From an uncultured delta proteobacterium (GTDB lineage Bacteria > Desulfobacterota > Desulfomonilia > UBA1062): a stretch of DNA of 64,000 bases. Positions 60,748-64,000 of this stretch are shown piece by piece. The position numbers were made by a program, and so were the translations under genes. Numbering within the stretch: position 1 is the stretch's first letter; each line of letters begins with the position of its first letter. The DNA lies in the NCBI GenBank assembly GCA_963785235.1, contig CAWAUM010000001.1:512001-576000 (forward strand), given 5' to 3'. The notes beneath the pieces were generated by a model. The model ran no database searches and was not told the DNA's origin. It saw only the letters and a program-made list of their open reading frames with translations.

Positions 60748-61269
60748 TCACTTCTTTTGCAGTTCTTTTGTCACTGTTTTGGTGGTGTTCTGGATATATG
60801 GCTGCATCTGTTCAGGAATGAATCCCCTGATGCTGCTCATGGCCTTCTTGGAATAAGGCAGTACCTTCGAATTCACGAAGATAGCCGAGTTTTGTGGCAG
60901 TATCACCTGCAGCATGGTTATGGTCAGGAGTACGATGAGAAGACCCTTTGCAAGCCCGAGTGCACCACCCAGGGCCGTGTCGACAGCAGCCAGTACAGAG
61001 GCATTGAGTATCTTCTGAACAAAATGCATGAGGATCTTTATTATTATAAAGAAGAAAAAAAAGACCACAATAAAGCCCAGGACACCCCGGACATCTTCCA
61101 CATGGAGAATGGAAAGGAAATGAGTGATGCCAGGCGAGAATCTCTTTGCAAGATAGAGACCCCCGAAAATGGATACAAGGGATGATATACCCTTGATCAG
61201 GCCGTGGTATACCCCCAGTCCTGTGAAAACAACAATTACGATGATGGTGAAGATGTCCAGTGCATTCAC
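60748..61269 (-). CDS. cvpA: CvpA family membrane protein
   Basis: N.LD......G...G.IKG..SL, D..LG..LG..KG, S...P; GTG start at 61269. Confidence 0.85.
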   Translation of the reverse strand: MNALDIFTIIVIVVFTGLGVYHGLIKGISSLVSIFGGLYLAKRFSPGITHFLSILHVEDVRGVLGFIVVFFFFFIIIKILMHFVQKILNASVLAAVDTALGGALGLAKGLLIVLLTITMLQVILPQNSAIFVNSKVLPYSKKAMSSIRGFIPEQMQPYIQNTTKTVTKELQKK

Positions 61270-61682
61270 TGTTTGGCCTTTGTCAATTCGATCCACAGCA
61301 CATCTTTTAGGGCTATCTGGTATGCACCGTAAGGCAATTTACCATAGATTTTTGAGATGCCGTTTGTCTTGAGATTGCACATGGTGCCGGTATCCTTTAT
61401 GGTTGCACATGCAGAACCTTCCTTCATCTCGATGCGGGAGATGGTATCAAAAGGTATCTCAATCCGGCCCTTACCCATGTATACGTTGAATGAGGTTTTA
61501 CCGTCAAAAGTAACTGAAGTGATGGTTACCTCATTGTTTAAGGTGTCCTTGATCTTCGCATTAAAAGGTGATGAGACGGTGCTTTGGCCGGGAGATCCGG
61601 CGTTGCCCATTCCCATAAGAAAAACACTAAGGACCATAAGTAATGCTGCCCGATAAAGATAACCTTTATGTTCATAGCTCAT
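61266..61682 (-). CDS. Hypothetical exported protein
   Basis: GGAGG RBS; hydrophobic N-terminus ending LMGMG; overlaps both neighbours. Confidence 0.75.
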   Translation of the reverse strand: MSYEHKGYLYRAALLMVLSVFLMGMGNAGSPGQSTVSSPFNAKIKDTLNNEVTITSVTFDGKTSFNVYMGKGRIEIPFDTISRIEMKEGSACATIKDTGTMCNLKTNGISKIYGKLPYGAYQIALKDVLWIELTKAKQ

Positions 61683-61893
61683 GTACCTCCTTAACAACCC
61701 CTTCTATTTGAAGCGCCTTAATGAGATCAAGTATCGTTGCCTTGCAGTCTTCGTGATAATTCATAATGAGAAGGCCCTGAACAGGGTCTTTTGTGCTGAC
61801 AGTAGCCAAGCCGTCATAGCCTTGGACGACATAGTTCACATAAAAGATATCCTTCCGATCAACCGTCAGCGAGACCGTTTGGAAATCAACCAT
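61672..61893 (-). CDS. DUF4911 domain small protein
   Basis: VDRKDI.Y...V.GYDGLA.VST.DP..G. Confidence 0.75.
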   Translation of the reverse strand: MVDFQTVSLTVDRKDIFYVNYVVQGYDGLATVSTKDPVQGLLIMNYHEDCKATILDLIKALQIEGVVKEVHEL

Positions 61894-62263
61894 GATTTTC
61901 GAGATACCATAAGAGATACGCTGCTGCAAGCTCAGTACGAATAAACTGTTTACACACACGATAATATTCCGGAGGGAGGATGATCAATAAAGGCAGTTCA
62001 GTGCCGGTTTGAAACAATTATCATAGGCTAATGGTTCAATAGAGTGCCTTTGCCTTTCAATAAAATCCTTGACATCATCGAGTTTGAAATGATAGGAAAA
62101 ATTGATCTGAATGAGTGAACAGCCATTCAGTCAAGGGCTGTATAGTAACAACCATTGCAGAGGCCATTTGGGAATTTGATGGATATAATATTCCCAAAAG
62201 ATTGACGTTCGAGCAAGATAACAGGAGTGCTTTCTCAATGACCAACGTCTATGGAGGCAGGCT

Positions 62264-62692
62264 TTGATAGAGATTAATTTTACTATTATCATACAGGCAT
62301 TCAATTTTTTTCTTCTTCTCGTAATTCTGAATAAGGTCCTTTACAAGCCGATCCTGAAGATCCTTGAAGAGAGGGAGCAAAGGATCGACGGTCAGCAGCA
62401 GCAGGCCAAGAAGATCCTCGAGGATGGCCAGGTGCTTCAGGGCGATTATGATAAAAAGCTTTACAATGCAAAGATAGAGGCAATGAATACGAAGAATGCA
62501 GCGCGAAGCGCAGCTTCTGAGCAGGCCAACAGTATCATAGATGATTCCCGGAAGAAGGCGGAAGAGATCATCAACCAGATGCAGCAGCAGATGGTCTTGG
62601 AACTGGCACAGGCAAAAAAGGAACTTGAGCCGGAACTGAGTGTCATGTCGGCAACCATTGCTCAGCAGATCTTGGGGAGGAAGGTGGCATGA
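62264..62692 (+). CDS. atpF: ATP synthase F0 subunit b'
   Basis: IQ..NF..L..ILN..LYKPI...L.ER, long coiled coil; first of two b-type subunits before atpH. Confidence 0.88.
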   Translation: MIEINFTIIIQAFNFFLLLVILNKVLYKPILKILEEREQRIDGQQQQAKKILEDGQVLQGDYDKKLYNAKIEAMNTKNAARSAASEQANSIIDDSRKKAEEIINQMQQQMVLELAQAKKELEPELSVMSATIAQQILGRKVA

Positions 62693-63270
62693 TGCAGCGA
62701 ATAAGAAAGGTTCTCCCCCTTGTAATAACTCTAGCCTTTGTTGCCTTCACGGTTGCTTTCGCATCCGAGGGAGGTGGTGGTGAAGAGGGCCATAAGGCAA
62801 TCTGGCTTATGGTATGGCGTATCGTCAACTTCCTGATTCTGATGGCGCTGCTGTGGAAGCTCCTTGCCGATACAATCAGGAAGTATTTTGTGAGACCGCA
62901 AGGAAGAGATCGCCCAGATGATTGAAGAGGCTGACAAGGCAAAGTCTGATGCTGATATTCAGTATGCCGACATCCAGCAGAAGCTTAAGAACGTAGAGAA
63001 AGATATCCATGATATCAAGAATGCCATCATGGGCGAGCTTGAAGGTGAAAAGGCCCGCATCATCGAAGAAGGCAAGGTATCGGCGGAGCGTATTATCCAG
63101 CAGGCCAAGTGGACTGCTGATCAGGAAGTGGCCAAGGTTAAGAACGAACTTAAGGAGCACGTGGTGGAAATGGCCGGAGACATGGCTTCAGGCATGATTA
63201 CCAACAGCATGACCCCGAAGATGACCAGAAACGTATCCTTGAGGAATATTTAAATAAGGTAGTGAGGTAA
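62689..63270 (+). CDS. atpF: ATP synthase F0 subunit b (apparent frameshifts near 62893 and 63215)
   Basis: AFASEGGG..H, WRIVNFLIL..LL, R.EEI, coiled coil, ends DDQKRILEEYLNKVVR* in shifted frame. Confidence 0.88.
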
Positions 63271-63272
63271 CC

Positions 63273-64000
<728 letters not shown>

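Overview
64 kb of a bacterial chromosome, most likely a deltaproteobacterium/Desulfobacterota-type anaerobe. This is inferred from gene content and order: DUF1844-degP, ispE-spoVG-tRNA-Gln-prs, FYDLN protein, DUF4911, split atpF'-atpF-atpH-atpA, selB and several sigma54 promoters. The backbone is housekeeping (dnaE 3' end, accA, pilD, ispE, prs, comM-like, ilvD, amrS, polA, serC, a TatT/TRAP transporter, selB, bamD, cvpA, ATP synthase). Many genes, including essential ones, carry single-base frameshifts that look like sequencing/assembly errors. There are three accessory zones: (i) ~3.1-8.4 kb, AT-rich, with a PEP-CTERM protein, a PagL-like protein and a toxin-antitoxin integron-type gene cassette (textbook attC) beside a truncated tyrosine recombinase; (ii) ~26.9-30.3 kb, two convergent salt/osmotic-stress operons each headed by an nhaA-I-like (Li+/Na+) riboswitch; (iii) ~44-56 kb around tRNA-Leu, a cluster of surface proteins with Cys-containing C-terminal signals next to a CPBP protease. 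The most striking unexplained signals are a candidate selenoprotein (lipoprotein ending Gly-linker-C-G-G-UGA followed by an fdhF-like GGUC SECIS hairpin, two genes from selB), a three-copy covarying long-hairpin element whose loop is flipped in one copy, a ~200-nt structured pentamer-repeat RNA with its own promoter and terminator, and a 46-aa ORF with sigma54/IHF/enhancer architecture. All calls were made by eye; no database search or folding program was run.
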